Positions 26,921 to 37,498 of a stretch of DNA of 64,000 nt are shown here, piece by piece. Positions within the stretch are counted from its first letter, which is position 1. Each line of letters starts with the position of its first letter. A model generated the notes under the pieces. The model did no database searches and was not told the DNA's origin. It saw nothing but the letters and a program-made list of their open reading frames with translations. Origin of the DNA: Candidatus Melainabacteria bacterium 17Bon1m. GTDB taxonomy: Bacteria > Cyanobacteriota > Vampirovibrionia > Obscuribacterales > Obscuribacteraceae. The stretch lies in assembly GCA_032128875.1 (NCBI GenBank), contig JAVLKG010000003.1, positions 609,008 to 673,007 of the forward strand, read 5' to 3'. Both the position numbers and the translations under genes were made by a program.

Positions 26921-29551
26921 ATGACCCTCAAAGAAGCTGAGGAGCTCATGTTTAAAAACTCATCGATTGAAAGTGCAACCATTCAAAAGCGTCGCCATCA
27001 CAGTGCTTTGGCTCTATCGTTGAGTCTGGCACTTCTGGTGCCGACGCTATCTCCTTTGGTGAGTGAAGCGAAGTCCAAGGAAAAGACGGCGTCCCCCGCT
27101 TCAGAGAAAGCTGAATCAAAGTCTGACTCGAAAGTCGAACCAAAAACCGAATCAAAACCAGAGTCTAAAAGCGACTCCAAAACCGACTCCAAAAGCGACT
27201 CCAAAACCGAATCTAAAAAAACATCAGCGAAAGAAGAGAAAACTGCGAAAGTAGAGAAGCCTGTAAAAGCAGAGAAGAAAAGCAACGCCGACAAAGCAGT
27301 GCCTGCCGTTGAGGGAGGGAAAGCCGACCAGCCGCTTGGAGTCATTGGACTGCCCAGCCCCATCGCCAAAATGATCAATCAAGGTCGCTGGCGTGAAGCG
27401 AGCCAATTGCTCGAGGCCAGAACCAAGAAAGAAGCGGACGTGAATCGCGACAATGCTTGGCTGGCATTCGCATACTTGTTTTTGGGCAAGAGCGACGAGC
27501 TGAAAAAGCTTGCCGAGGATTGTGAGAAGCAAGCGCCAAAGAGCCCGTATACGCTTTTGGTTAAAGGCTTCAACCTTACGTTGGACGGCAAATTTGAAGA
27601 AGCTGAAAAGCTGTTTTTGACTTTGCCCAAACAATTTGGTGCAGATCCACTGGCTAACTTTGCACTGGCTCTCGTCACTGCAAAGCAAGGCAAAGCTTCA
27701 GCGGCTGCGCAGTATTGCCAAACGGCAGTCGAGCTTGACCCGCAGTTTGCCTGGGGTTTTCGCACACTGGGTTATCTGCAGCAACGCTGGCTTGAAGATA
27801 TCGGCAAAGCAGAAGAAGCTTACGCCAAGGCGCTTGAAATTGAGCCAGGTATGACTGAAGCTCAAGACGCGTTGGTTGATCTTCGCTTGTCGAAAAATGA
27901 CTTCGATGGTGCAATCGATGTGGCTAAAAGTGCCATCAAAGCCGGACCTAAGGTCGCAACCAATCACTACCGACTTTCGCAAATCTATACTGAGCAATGG
28001 CGCTTGCGCGATGCGCTCGAAATTTTGCAAGACGCAATCGACCTTGATGCTACTAATCCGCGTTTCTTCAGAAGTCGCGCATCCATCAAGAGTTTTCAGG
28101 GCAATTTGAACGGCGCTATCGCCGACCAGCAGAAGGCTGTAGAGCTAAGCAAAGACAAGCCGTTTGAATTGATCGAGCTTTCAAACATGAACGTCCTTGC
28201 CGGCAACAATAATCGCGCGGCGGAGAATTTGGCTGAAGCCATAAAGATTGAGCCGGATAACCAGGCAGCGCACGACAAGTTGTATCGCATTCTTTCTCAG
28301 GAAAAGCGTTTTGACGACATGGTCGCCGAAGGGCGCCGAATGGCTGAGCGAAAGCCGAAAGAAGTTCGCTATCGTATGGAGTACGCCTATGCTTTGGCAC
28401 AAGCGAAGCGACTAGATGAGGCAGTCGAGCAGTATAAAGTGGCTGCAGGGCTGACGAACACTGATCCAGAACCGTGGCGCAGGCTCGGCGCACTCTATAT
28501 AGGTAAGAAGGACTGGTCGTCTGCGCAGCGCGCGTTCACCAATGCGCTCAACATCAATCCAACTTCAGTTGCCGACTTGTCGGCTCTTGGTTTTTGCTAT
28601 GCCGAAGACGATGAGTATATGAAAGCGGAAGCGGCTTTTGTGACCGCTCTTGCCTTGCAGCAACTAACGCCACCCAATCAGCAAACTGGACCAAGCAAGA
28701 TTGATTTGATGCGATCGCTGGCAGGTTTGTTCTTCGCGGAAGGTCGTTTTTCTGATGCCGCGACGCAGTACGAAAACATAGTGATGCTGACGAGAAACAC
28801 TCCGCAGAGTTCATTTGATATGTTTATGCTGCTTAAGGCCAAGGCAATGCGTGATTTGACGAAGCAGTCTGCGCTGCATCTTCAAGAGGCATTTCAAAAA
28901 CTCGACAAAGAGCAAAAAGCACGCGAGACGGTTCCGCTAGCCGACGCCTTGCTGAAATCTGGCGCTATTACTGAAGTTCTTGTTCTTTTGCCTGAAGATC
29001 TTTCGGGCGTTTATCCGAAGCATTTGGCTGATGCGATGCAAACCCGAGCTAAAGCTCTTGCAGTAAAAGGCGAGCTCGACCAAGCGATTGCGGTGGCAAC
29101 AAAAGCGACCGAATTGAAGGATATCGACTATGAGCAAAAGTCTGATGCCTGGTTCGTTTTGTCAGAATTGCAACTGATGAAAAAAGATCTTGCTGGAGCT
29201 GAAGCGTCGGCAAACCGGGCTCTGGAAGCTTATGTGAAATCTCCGGAAGCTTATGCAATGCTCGGCAAAGTTGCGCTTTTGAAAAACGACAGCAAGGCCG
29301 CGATGAGCCATGCAAAACGGGCTCTGGAGCTAAATCCTTATTACGCCGGTGCGTATTTGCTGCGAGGTGATGCACAGATGGCGACGGGTGCTATTAAGGA
29401 AGCGAAGGACAGTTATCGCAAAGCCGTAGAACTTTATCCAGGTTCTCTGGAAGCGCATAAAGCACTGCTGCAGTCGCTGAAGAAGCTCGCCCTGACTGAT
29501 GAAGCGAAGCATGAAGAAGAGCAGATTACTCAGCTTGAGTCATTGCGTTAA
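26921..29551 (+). CDS. Large exported TPR protein
   Basis: Signal/TM segment, low-complexity linker, many TPR repeats. Confidence 0.85.
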   Translation: MTLKEAEELMFKNSSIESATIQKRRHHSALALSLSLALLVPTLSPLVSEAKSKEKTASPASEKAESKSDSKVEPKTESKPESKSDSKTDSKSDSKTESKKTSAKEEKTAKVEKPVKAEKKSNADKAVPAVEGGKADQPLGVIGLPSPIAKMINQGRWREASQLLEARTKKEADVNRDNAWLAFAYLFLGKSDELKKLAEDCEKQAPKSPYTLLVKGFNLTLDGKFEEAEKLFLTLPKQFGADPLANFALALVTAKQGKASAAAQYCQTAVELDPQFAWGFRTLGYLQQRWLEDIGKAEEAYAKALEIEPGMTEAQDALVDLRLSKNDFDGAIDVAKSAIKAGPKVATNHYRLSQIYTEQWRLRDALEILQDAIDLDATNPRFFRSRASIKSFQGNLNGAIADQQKAVELSKDKPFELIELSNMNVLAGNNNRAAENLAEAIKIEPDNQAAHDKLYRILSQEKRFDDMVAEGRRMAERKPKEVRYRMEYAYALAQAKRLDEAVEQYKVAAGLTNTDPEPWRRLGALYIGKKDWSSAQRAFTNALNINPTSVADLSALGFCYAEDDEYMKAEAAFVTALALQQLTPPNQQTGPSKIDLMRSLAGLFFAEGRFSDAATQYENIVMLTRNTPQSSFDMFMLLKAKAMRDLTKQSALHLQEAFQKLDKEQKARETVPLADALLKSGAITEVLVLLPEDLSGVYPKHLADAMQTRAKALAVKGELDQAIAVATKATELKDIDYEQKSDAWFVLSELQLMKKDLAGAEASANRALEAYVKSPEAYAMLGKVALLKNDSKAAMSHAKRALELNPYYAGAYLLRGDAQMATGAIKEAKDSYRKAVELYPGSLEAHKALLQSLKKLALTDEAKHEEEQITQLESLR
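27113..27216 (+). repeat. 12-bp degenerate tandem repeat encoding (D/E)SK(S/T/P) units
   Basis: CAAAACCGACTC/CAAAAGCGACTC-type units inside the TPR gene. Confidence 0.7.
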
Positions 29552-29629
29552 GTCACAGTAAAACATCAAGTCACGCGTTAGAAAGCCGGGATGCGCAAGC
29601 GGCGTCTGGGCAATATCAACTTGTAGTAC

Positions 29630-29656
29630 GGAACATAACAAACGCGAAGGCGTCTA
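29630..29656 (+). promoter_or_regulatory. ECF sigma-type promoter upstream of tspO
   Basis: GGAAC-N17-GTCTA. Confidence 0.5.
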
Positions 29657-29765
29657 CCTAGGGAGTTGAATCCACTAGGAATTGCCGTTGAATCGGCTTT
29701 CGAATTCGCTGATAGAGTCTGCATCCAGACTCAGCTTTTAGCTCAATTTTATAAGGAATTGCGTC

Positions 29766-30305
29766 ATGAATCTGCTCGAGCCATTTGTATTTTTTGCATC
29801 TGTGGTCTTGTGCTTCATTGCCGCGGCTATAGGTAGTCACTACACTGAAAAGTCGGTCGACTCCTGGTATCCATCGCTCAATAAGCCTGCCTTCACGCCA
29901 CCGGACTGGGTATTTCCAGTTGTCTGGTCGGTTTTGTATTTCCTGATGGGCATCTCGCTTGCAACTGTTCTAACCACAGGGACACACGAGCAGATCGGGC
30001 TGCCAGTAAGCCTCTTTGCCCTTCAACTTCTGTTGAATATGGCTTGGTCTTACATATTTTTCGGACAGAAAAATCCGATCGGCGGTTTTGTCACCGTGGC
30101 ACTTCTCTGGTTTACCGTTGCATTTACGACTTTGTCGTTTGCCAGCGTAGCCTTCGAAGCAGGATTAATGCTTGTACCTTACTTGCTCTGGGTTTCGTTT
30201 GCGTTGGTATTAAACTGGGGCATCGTGAGAGCCAATCATCGCATTAAGCCAGTTAGTCAATATCCGGCTTTTCCGCGCCATAACTCAACACCATTGCCAC
30301 ACTAA
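29766..30305 (+). CDS. tspO: TspO/MBR tryptophan-rich sensory protein
   Basis: WY..LNKP.FTPP.WVF..VW, LN.AWS.IFF, VPYLLWVSFA..LN. Confidence 0.95.
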   Translation: MNLLEPFVFFASVVLCFIAAAIGSHYTEKSVDSWYPSLNKPAFTPPDWVFPVVWSVLYFLMGISLATVLTTGTHEQIGLPVSLFALQLLLNMAWSYIFFGQKNPIGGFVTVALLWFTVAFTTLSFASVAFEAGLMLVPYLLWVSFALVLNWGIVRANHRIKPVSQYPAFPRHNSTPLPH

Positions 30306-30382
30306 GTTGGCAAGCATAGAGGAGCTCTACAGGCACTATATGAGGGACGCGAAAGCGTCCCTTTTGCTTGCGGACAGTTAAA

Positions 30383-31852
30383 TCACTTCGCAGAAGCAGG
30401 AACGGCTTTCAGTTGCTTGAATGCTTCGAGTGCTCGTTCGCGTGCAAATGAATGATCAACGACCGGCTTAGGATAGTTTTTCCCAAGCTCTACTCCGTGT
30501 GCTTTGAGAACCTCGGCCGGAGCGTCCCAAGGCTTATGTATCCATTGTTTTGGAAGCTGTGCCAATTCAGGCACCCACTTACGAATGTACTTTCCGTCCG
30601 GGTCGAATTTCTCGCTTTGCAAAACAGGATTGAAGATTCGAAAGTAGGGCGCAGCGTCAGCCCCACATCCAGCCGACCATTGCCAGCCGAGTGTGTTATT
30701 TGCCAGGTCCGCGTCCACCAGCGTGTCCCAGAACCACTCGGCGCCATCCTGCCAGGATAGTAGCAAGTGCTTCACAAGAAACGACGCCACAACCATACGC
30801 ACGCGATTGTGCATCCAGCCTGTGTGCCAGAGTTCCCTCATGCCGGCATCAACGAGCGGATAGCCGGTTTGTCCTTTTTGCCAGGCCTTCAAAAGCTTCT
30901 TATCGTCGCGCCAGGGGAAACGTTCGAATTCCGGACGCAGCGGCGCTTTTGCCGTGAGTGGGAAATGATAGAGAAGGTGATGGGCAAACTCTCGCCAAAC
31001 TATCTCCTTCAAATAGGTAGATTTTCCTTCTCGACCTATTGCAGATTTGTCGATTTCTTTGACAGCGTGCCAGATGGTGCGTGGACTGATTTCGCCAAAA
31101 TGCAGATGCGGCGAAAGACGCGAAGTGCCAACCACGGCGGGACGATCCCGGTCGGTCGTGTAGTCGTCGATGATACCTTCCAGAAAGGTCTTCAGGTTTT
31201 CTTTCGCCCCCTTTTCACCGGGCGTCCAGGCTTCTTCCATTCCATCCGTCCAATTGATCTGAGGTAAAAGCCTCAAATCTGCGATTGAAACTGTTTGGAT
31301 TTTCTTTGTCGGCGCAATCAGCTTTTGGGGCTTTCCAATTGGCGCCGGCGGTGTGACTAGAGCAGTCGCGGTTTTGTAATATGCGGTGAAAACTTTGTAG
31401 GGCTCATTCTTTCCATTCAATACTTGCCATGGTTCGAACAGAAGATTGCCGTTAAAACTGCGTGCATCGATGCCATCTTTTACGAGCGCGCCTTTCATGT
31501 TTTTGTCGCGAATGATTGTAGAAGGCTCATAGCGACGGTTCCAGAAAACCGCATGGGCTCCCATTTCTTTCGCGAAATCTCTCAAGACGGTAAGGCTATA
31601 TCCGCGTTTTACAATCAGTGGCGAACCCAATTTTGCCAGCGATTCTGCTAACTCGGTTAGTGAGTGATGCAACCACCAGCGTGTAGCACCGCCGGGCTCC
31701 CAATCCCCTTCTTCTTCAGGCGACCAAATAAATAGTGGTATCACAGGAGCACCACTATCCGCCGCCGCCGATAGAGCAGGGTTATCGTCGATTCTCAAGT
31801 CTTGTCGAAACCAGACTATTACAGGTGCTTTGCTGGGAGCCGTAGCTTCCAT
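30383..31852 (-). CDS. phrB: Deoxyribodipyrimidine photolyase
   Basis: WFRQDLR..DNPAL, TSRLSPHLHFGEIS, GQTGYPLVDAGMR, WMHNRVRM, DAAPYFRIFNP. Confidence 0.95.
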   Translation of the reverse strand: MEATAPSKAPVIVWFRQDLRIDDNPALSAAADSGAPVIPLFIWSPEEEGDWEPGGATRWWLHHSLTELAESLAKLGSPLIVKRGYSLTVLRDFAKEMGAHAVFWNRRYEPSTIIRDKNMKGALVKDGIDARSFNGNLLFEPWQVLNGKNEPYKVFTAYYKTATALVTPPAPIGKPQKLIAPTKKIQTVSIADLRLLPQINWTDGMEEAWTPGEKGAKENLKTFLEGIIDDYTTDRDRPAVVGTSRLSPHLHFGEISPRTIWHAVKEIDKSAIGREGKSTYLKEIVWREFAHHLLYHFPLTAKAPLRPEFERFPWRDDKKLLKAWQKGQTGYPLVDAGMRELWHTGWMHNRVRMVVASFLVKHLLLSWQDGAEWFWDTLVDADLANNTLGWQWSAGCGADAAPYFRIFNPVLQSEKFDPDGKYIRKWVPELAQLPKQWIHKPWDAPAEVLKAHGVELGKNYPKPVVDHSFARERALEAFKQLKAVPASAK

Positions 31853-33355
31853 TTATTTCCTCTGCGAGGCGTTGATGCCTCTTGCGCAGTTCTTCATGTG
31901 TTCTGCTTCCGCTTCTCGGAATGTTTTCGCAAGAAGGTCGGCATAACTTTCAAGCACGATGGCAACTTCTGGGTGTTGCGGTCCGAGCTTCTTCATGCGA
32001 ATGTCCATGGCGCGCTGATAGAGCGGTTCAGCATCTTCGTACAGTTGCTGACGTTTTAAAATATCTGCGAGTGGATAGAGGCACGAAGCGACATGAGGAT
32101 CGTCTGCACCATAACTGCGCTCGCGCAGTTCGACGAGCTTTCTGAAGAGCGGCTCGGCGTCTTTGAGTTTGTTTTGTTGGTAATAGCATGTGGCAAGACT
32201 GTACATCGCCGGGTCTATACCGCTGTCGAATTCGCCCAGTAAGCGGCGTTTCATTTCCAGCAAACGTTTAGCATGCTGCTCTGCTACTGCAAAACGCGAG
32301 AAGCTTATATAGAAGTTGACCAGATCGCTGAGGTGATTCGCCATTTCGAAGTGATCGTTGCCGAACACTTTTTCCGCGATGGCTAGCGAATCTTTGTAAT
32401 GTTGTTCGGCTTGTGCGAATTTGCCGTCTGCTTGATAGACCTTCGCCAGGTCGGTCAAACTGGAGGCAACGTCAGGATGTTGTTTGCCGAGTGCGCGCTC
32501 TTTCATCGAAAGAATTCGCTTGTACAACTTTTCCGCCTCGCCTGTCTTGCGCTCTTGCAAGTACATGTCGCCGAGGTGCTTCATGAGCGCCACGACTTCT
32601 GGGTGAGTCGGACCGAGGGTAATTTGTTTGCTGGCGAGCTTTCGCTCCAAATATGGCGCCGATTCCTGCGTGCGCCCCTGCAAAGTAAGAATGTCGAGCA
32701 GGTAATTGGTTATCGACTCGACTTCGTTGGATTCTTGACCGAGGGCGTTCTCAATCACCGGTAAAGCTCTTTCAAGGCACTGGCGCGCTTGTTCGAGCTT
32801 GTTTAATTCCTTGAGGGCAAATCCAAGCTGGTGAAGTGACGAGGCCGTCTCGGGATCATCAAGCCCAAGCGCGCGCTCTCTGATGCGGAAGGCTTTGGTG
32901 AAAATCGATTCGGCATCGGTGAATTTCTTCTGGGCCATGTAAAGCAGGCCAAGGTTGTTCAAGCTGGTCGCCACTTCCGGGTGGTCGGGTCCGAGCGCCT
33001 TGGCGTACATTGCGGTGACTTTCCTGCAAATGGGCTCGGCTTTGCCATGTTCGCCCATGAAAAAATAAAGGGCGGAGAGGTTATTCAGGCTGGAGACGAT
33101 GTCCTCGTGACCAGGAATCAGATTGTCTTCGCGCAACTTCAGGGCACGGACGTACAGGGGCTCGGCGTCGGCGAACCTGGACTGCTCGAAGTAAACTTCC
33201 GCAAGGTTGTCGAGCAGAATCGCCAAAGTAAGAGGATCTGACGCAGACTCCGCCTCTAAAAGGGCGGCCCGCATCATCTTCTCAGCCTCTGGAAAGTCGC
33301 CGGCTTGGAAAGCAGCAGCTCCTCTTTCAGCGTATTTCGTCCAGCTCTCACTCAT
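31853..33355 (-). CDS. TPR protein with kinesin-light-chain-type 42-aa repeats
   Basis: LGPDHPEVATSLNNL repeats; ATG 33355 preferred; TAA abuts the photolyase ATG. Confidence 0.88.
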   Translation of the reverse strand: MSESWTKYAERGAAAFQAGDFPEAEKMMRAALLEAESASDPLTLAILLDNLAEVYFEQSRFADAEPLYVRALKLREDNLIPGHEDIVSSLNNLSALYFFMGEHGKAEPICRKVTAMYAKALGPDHPEVATSLNNLGLLYMAQKKFTDAESIFTKAFRIRERALGLDDPETASSLHQLGFALKELNKLEQARQCLERALPVIENALGQESNEVESITNYLLDILTLQGRTQESAPYLERKLASKQITLGPTHPEVVALMKHLGDMYLQERKTGEAEKLYKRILSMKERALGKQHPDVASSLTDLAKVYQADGKFAQAEQHYKDSLAIAEKVFGNDHFEMANHLSDLVNFYISFSRFAVAEQHAKRLLEMKRRLLGEFDSGIDPAMYSLATCYYQQNKLKDAEPLFRKLVELRERSYGADDPHVASCLYPLADILKRQQLYEDAEPLYQRAMDIRMKKLGPQHPEVAIVLESYADLLAKTFREAEAEHMKNCARGINASQRK

Positions 33356-33508
33356 GCCGCAGTGCCAATAGTCCCCGATGTCAGCAGATGGGAGCCGCTG
33401 ACTTACTATCAATTATGCACCGTCGCCAACGTTCTCATTCTCCATTTGAGGAAATTGCGTAATCAAATCTCGACAGCGGTAAACTAAATTGTCAGAAGGA
33501 AGTGAACT

Positions 33509-34588
33509 CTGCGCGATTTTGTCTACAAATCGGAAATTGAATGTCCCGCTCAAACCCTCTATGCGTGGCATCTTCGCCCTTTGGCTTTCGAGCGGCTGAC
33601 ACCGGCCTGGGCCGATGTGCAGGTCAAGGGAGCCCCAAAGAAGCTTGAAAAAGGGCTCAAAATTGATTTAACGGTCCGCAAATTCGGCATCCCTGTCGAA
33701 TGTCAGTTCGTCGTGACCGATCTAGAGACCGATAAGTTTTTCGCCGACCAGCAATTGAAAGGTCCTTTCGCCTTTTGGCGACACGAACATAAATTTGTTG
33801 GGATTTCGGACAGTCGTTCTTTGATGAATGACTCTGTTCAATATTCTTTGCCGCTAGGCTTCCTTTCGGAGGGATTTGCCGGTCCACTAATGGACAAGGA
33901 CCTCGAGAGATTGTTTCGTTATCGCCATGAAATTCTGAAAAATGACCTCTCGGCGTATATGAGAAATCAACATCAACCGCGGATGCATGTACTAGTTTGC
34001 TGCACTCCTGACGCTCTGCGGACACCTCTTGCATCGTATCTTTCGACTCAAGGTCATTCCGTTCTAACTGCCAGTTTTAATGAGAATGCAAATGTGGAGG
34101 ACTATTCTGAAATCTTGAGCCGGCCGATTGAGACTTATATCCATGTAGATGACCTTGGATCTTCGTGTCGCTCGGCAAATCTAGGCATCCTTAATCGCCT
34201 TGTGGAATCTAAACATCTGAAGACATACATTGAGGTTCACGACACACACGATAACTCCAACGAAAATTTCGAGCAGCGTTGTGCACCACTGCGAGCGGCT
34301 TCAGTTAGATGTGCTTACGTTCGCACTGGGGCGATTCTTTCGGCGGCTTTTGGCGTCTTAAAAAACAATGCCAATTGGAAAAGTGAGACACAGCCTTGGG
34401 TTGCCGTTGATGACGTTGCTTCTGCCATTGAATATTGCATGCTCAACGAATCTATTGATGGGCAGATTCATATTTCCGCAAATCAAAAGAAACCGCCAAC
34501 CAAAGAGTTTAGAACCATGCTGGAATGCGGGTATCCATTTAGATACCAATCTTTAACCGCCGCGCGTAAACACGTTCTTGGTCTTTAG
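33509..34588 (+). CDS. SRPBCC domain fused to a degenerate TIGR01777-like epimerase domain; probable CTG start
   Basis: WH.RP.AFERLTP.W and QLKGPFAFWRHEH motifs; C-terminal RTG.IL, PWV.VDD, GYPFRY. Confidence 0.75.
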   Translation: MRDFVYKSEIECPAQTLYAWHLRPLAFERLTPAWADVQVKGAPKKLEKGLKIDLTVRKFGIPVECQFVVTDLETDKFFADQQLKGPFAFWRHEHKFVGISDSRSLMNDSVQYSLPLGFLSEGFAGPLMDKDLERLFRYRHEILKNDLSAYMRNQHQPRMHVLVCCTPDALRTPLASYLSTQGHSVLTASFNENANVEDYSEILSRPIETYIHVDDLGSSCRSANLGILNRLVESKHLKTYIEVHDTHDNSNENFEQRCAPLRAASVRCAYVRTGAILSAAFGVLKNNANWKSETQPWVAVDDVASAIEYCMLNESIDGQIHISANQKKPPTKEFRTMLECGYPFRYQSLTAARKHVLGL

Positions 34589-35169
34589 TGCTTTGCGTAA
34601 AAGAGAACGGCAAGTCCCGAGGAAATTACAAGAAAAATTCCCCAGAAAATCAAAGCGCGCAGGTTCATCGTCTTTTCGTCAATTGAGCGCAACTGTTCTG
34701 CTACAGCCTGATCGACTTTGTAGTCTTCTTCCTTCTCACCAGGCGTAGCGTCCATTGCACGAATACGATTGAGGGTGTTTTTGCCCATCGCCGCTTCCAG
34801 GCTCACAGGCAAATTCGGCATCAAGTTGATTATCTGAGTGATGCGTAATTTCAGGCTCTGATCGAGATCTGCAAGACCATGCTCGGTGTAGTCGTAGTAG
34901 TTGAAGTTGCCTTCTTCTACTTCCAGCAAGCGTTTTATCGCAGGATATCCTGTTTCGTTAGAGCCGTTGATTTTTCCGCCGGTCAAAAAGATGCCGTGAA
35001 AGACGCCAATCTCACCTTCGATTTTTGGCTTCGTTCCGGATATGACCAGAATGCCGCTCTCCACTTTTTGCAATTTCAGAAGAGTCCAAAGGACTTCGCG
35101 TGTTCTTCTGTTCTGCCAGATTTTGCCCGACTGGACGGACCGTGCCTTCGCCATTGTTACCTGACTCAA
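34585..35169 (-). CDS. Hypothetical membrane-anchored protein (DUF4388/PATAN-like)
   Basis: SGILVI...G.I, A...LL.VEEG.F pattern; C-terminal TM. Confidence 0.55.
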   Translation of the reverse strand: MSQVTMAKARSVQSGKIWQNRRTREVLWTLLKLQKVESGILVISGTKPKIEGEIGVFHGIFLTGGKINGSNETGYPAIKRLLEVEEGNFNYYDYTEHGLADLDQSLKLRITQIINLMPNLPVSLEAAMGKNTLNRIRAMDATPGEKEEDYKVDQAVAEQLRSIDEKTMNLRALIFWGIFLVISSGLAVLFYAKH

Positions 35170-35250
35170 TTCGTATTACCTGTTTTGCCCAAACTAAGGA
35201 ACAGTAATGAGATCTTAGCGTAGTCCCAATACTGTGGGCTTTATTTCCTC

Positions 35251-36021
35251 TCAAACTTTCAGTGTCAAAGTTACGGGGCAATGGTCCGAACCAAGCACCG
35301 CTGCTTCGATTGTGGCGTGCTCTGCCATCTTTTCCAGCGCTTTGTGGATGAAGAAATAATCGATGCGCCATCCAACATTGCGCGCTCTTGCGTTTGTCAT
35401 CATATGCCACCAAGTGTAATGGTTTGCATCTTTGTTGTATATGCGAAACGTATCGAGGTGTCCGGCCTTTTCGAAGCGGTCCATCCAATCACGTTCTTCA
35501 GGCAGGAAGCCGGATATGCGGTGATTGTCTTTCGGGTGTGCAAGATCGATTTCTTTGTGCGCGGTGTTGAAGTCGCCGCAGACGACCAGCCGTTTTCCTT
35601 CTTTCTGCAACTTCTTCGAGTATTGGAGGAAAGCTTCGTAAAATTCCATCTTGTACTTAAGCCGCTCAGGGCTTGCTTTCCCGTTGGGGAAGTAAATATT
35701 TGCCAGCAAGAAATCGCCGTAGTCTGCAATGACAGTGCGCCCTTCGTTGTCGAACTTTGCGATTCCAAAGCCGTTTAGAACTTCCTTTGGTTTCTCGCGA
35801 GTGTAAATTGCGACTCCGCTGTACCCTTTCTTCTCCGCGTGGCTGAAGTAGGCTGTGTAGCCTTTGCGCTCCATCAATTCTTTAGTCAATTGGTCGGCGC
35901 CGATTTTGGTTTCTTGCAAGCAAACCACGTCATATTTCTCTTTTTCTTTCCACTCGAAAAAGCCTTTTTTGGCGATTGCTCGCAAGCCGTTGACGTTCCA
36001 GGATGCAATTCTGAATTTCAC
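35251..36021 (-). CDS. xth: Exodeoxyribonuclease III
   Basis: SWNVNGLRA, CLQETK, GYSGVA, GDFNTAH, GWRIDYF, SDHCP. Confidence 0.97.
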   Translation of the reverse strand: MKFRIASWNVNGLRAIAKKGFFEWKEKEKYDVVCLQETKIGADQLTKELMERKGYTAYFSHAEKKGYSGVAIYTREKPKEVLNGFGIAKFDNEGRTVIADYGDFLLANIYFPNGKASPERLKYKMEFYEAFLQYSKKLQKEGKRLVVCGDFNTAHKEIDLAHPKDNHRISGFLPEERDWMDRFEKAGHLDTFRIYNKDANHYTWWHMMTNARARNVGWRIDYFFIHKALEKMAEHATIEAAVLGSDHCPVTLTLKV

Positions 36022-36140
36022 TGTCGATACCGATTTTGCATGTATACAGAGTCGTAGTTATGAGCCACAACTCTGTATTAAAACGTGCCCAAAGCCCTGA
36101 TGGGGACTTCTTTGCAAATTGTTCTTCATTTGGCGGATAA

Positions 36141-36174
36141 GAAAAAGCGTCACACTTCACGCGTGACGCTTTTC
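36141..36174 (-). terminator. Intrinsic terminator after ald
   Basis: AAAAGCGTCAC...GTGACGCTTTT inverted repeat with T-tracts. Confidence 0.75.
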
Positions 36175-36201
36175 GATATTTCTATGGCGATTAAACCGTG
36201 A

Positions 36202-37302
36202 TTACTTGGCGGTTGCCAATGAATCGCAAGCTTCTTTGACGCCCGGATGGACGATTTCGCCTTCGTGGATGTTGACGCCGAGAGCCAGTGCCGGATCGTC
36301 GAGGCAGGCTTTGTAGCCCAGCTTGGCGAGCTTCAATGCGTAAGGCATTGTGGCGTTGGTGAGGGCTCTGGTCGAGGTCCACGGTACTGCGCCAGGGATG
36401 TTGGCGACGCCGTAGTGCACAACTCCGTCCACAACGTAGATGGGGTCTGAGTGCGTTGTTGCGTGGATGGTCTCGATGCAACCGCCCTGGTCGACTGCGA
36501 CGTCGACGATGACGGAACCTTCTTTCATCTTCTTGATCATGTCTTTGGTGATGACGCGCGGAGCGGCTTTACCAGGGAGCAATACTGCGCCGATGACGAG
36601 ATCTGCACTCGGAAGTGCTTCTTCGAGGTAGTGTCCGACCGAGAATACGGTGCGCACTTGACCGTTGAAGATATCGTCGAGGTAGCGCAAGCGCTCAAGG
36701 TTGACGTCGAACAAGGTAACGCGAGCGCCGAGACCGAGAGCGATCTTCGCTGCGTTTGTTCCTACGACGCCACCGCCGATGATGATGACGCGACCCGGCT
36801 CAACACCAGGAACGCCACCCAGGAGAATACCGCGGCCGCCCATTGGACGCTCGAGGTAGTTGGCACCGATTTGTGCGGACAAACGTCCAGCGATTTCACT
36901 CATTGGTGTGAGCAAAGGCAGTGAGCCGTTTGCCAATTGAACTGTTTCGTAAGCAACACAGGTAGCGCCTGTCTTTGCCAGGTCGTGAGCCAGTTTTGGC
37001 TCAGCTGCCAGGTGCAAGTAGGTGAAAAGCAATTGGCCTTTCTTCAGCATTGCCACTTCGCTTGCTTGCGGCTCTTTTACCTTCATGATCATGTCCGATT
37101 CGCCGAAAACGCTCTTCGCATCAGGCAAAATCTTTGCGCCTACTTTTTCGTAGTCTTTGTCACTGATACCACTGCCGACACCAGCATTCTTCTCAACATA
37201 CACGGTATGTCCGGCTGCAACCATGGCGGCGGCTCCTGCCACAGTCAGGGCAACGCGATATTCGTTGTTCTTGATCTCTTTCGGTACACCAACCTTGGAC
37301 AA
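36202..37302 (-). CDS. ald: Alanine dehydrogenase
   Basis: [46 protein letters not shown] start with GGAGG. Confidence 0.97.
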   Translation of the reverse strand: MSKVGVPKEIKNNEYRVALTVAGAAAMVAAGHTVYVEKNAGVGSGISDKDYEKVGAKILPDAKSVFGESDMIMKVKEPQASEVAMLKKGQLLFTYLHLAAEPKLAHDLAKTGATCVAYETVQLANGSLPLLTPMSEIAGRLSAQIGANYLERPMGGRGILLGGVPGVEPGRVIIIGGGVVGTNAAKIALGLGARVTLFDVNLERLRYLDDIFNGQVRTVFSVGHYLEEALPSADLVIGAVLLPGKAAPRVITKDMIKKMKEGSVIVDVAVDQGGCIETIHATTHSDPIYVVDGVVHYGVANIPGAVPWTSTRALTNATMPYALKLAKLGYKACLDDPALALGVNIHEGEIVHPGVKEACDSLATAK

Positions 37303-37498
37303 GGTTCAGCCCTCCATATGTGTTGTAAGAATGCGACTTCCTAAAAAAATGCGTAAAGTCGCTAAAGCCCGTAAATTCTAGCCTGACAATATGACTATTG
37401 GATATTGTCTTGATACTTGTTTTAGTTTTTGCGAGTATTTCGGACTTATGGTCAGGTTTTGCGGGTTTGGCAACCCGGTTTATAAGGCGGCGTGAGAA

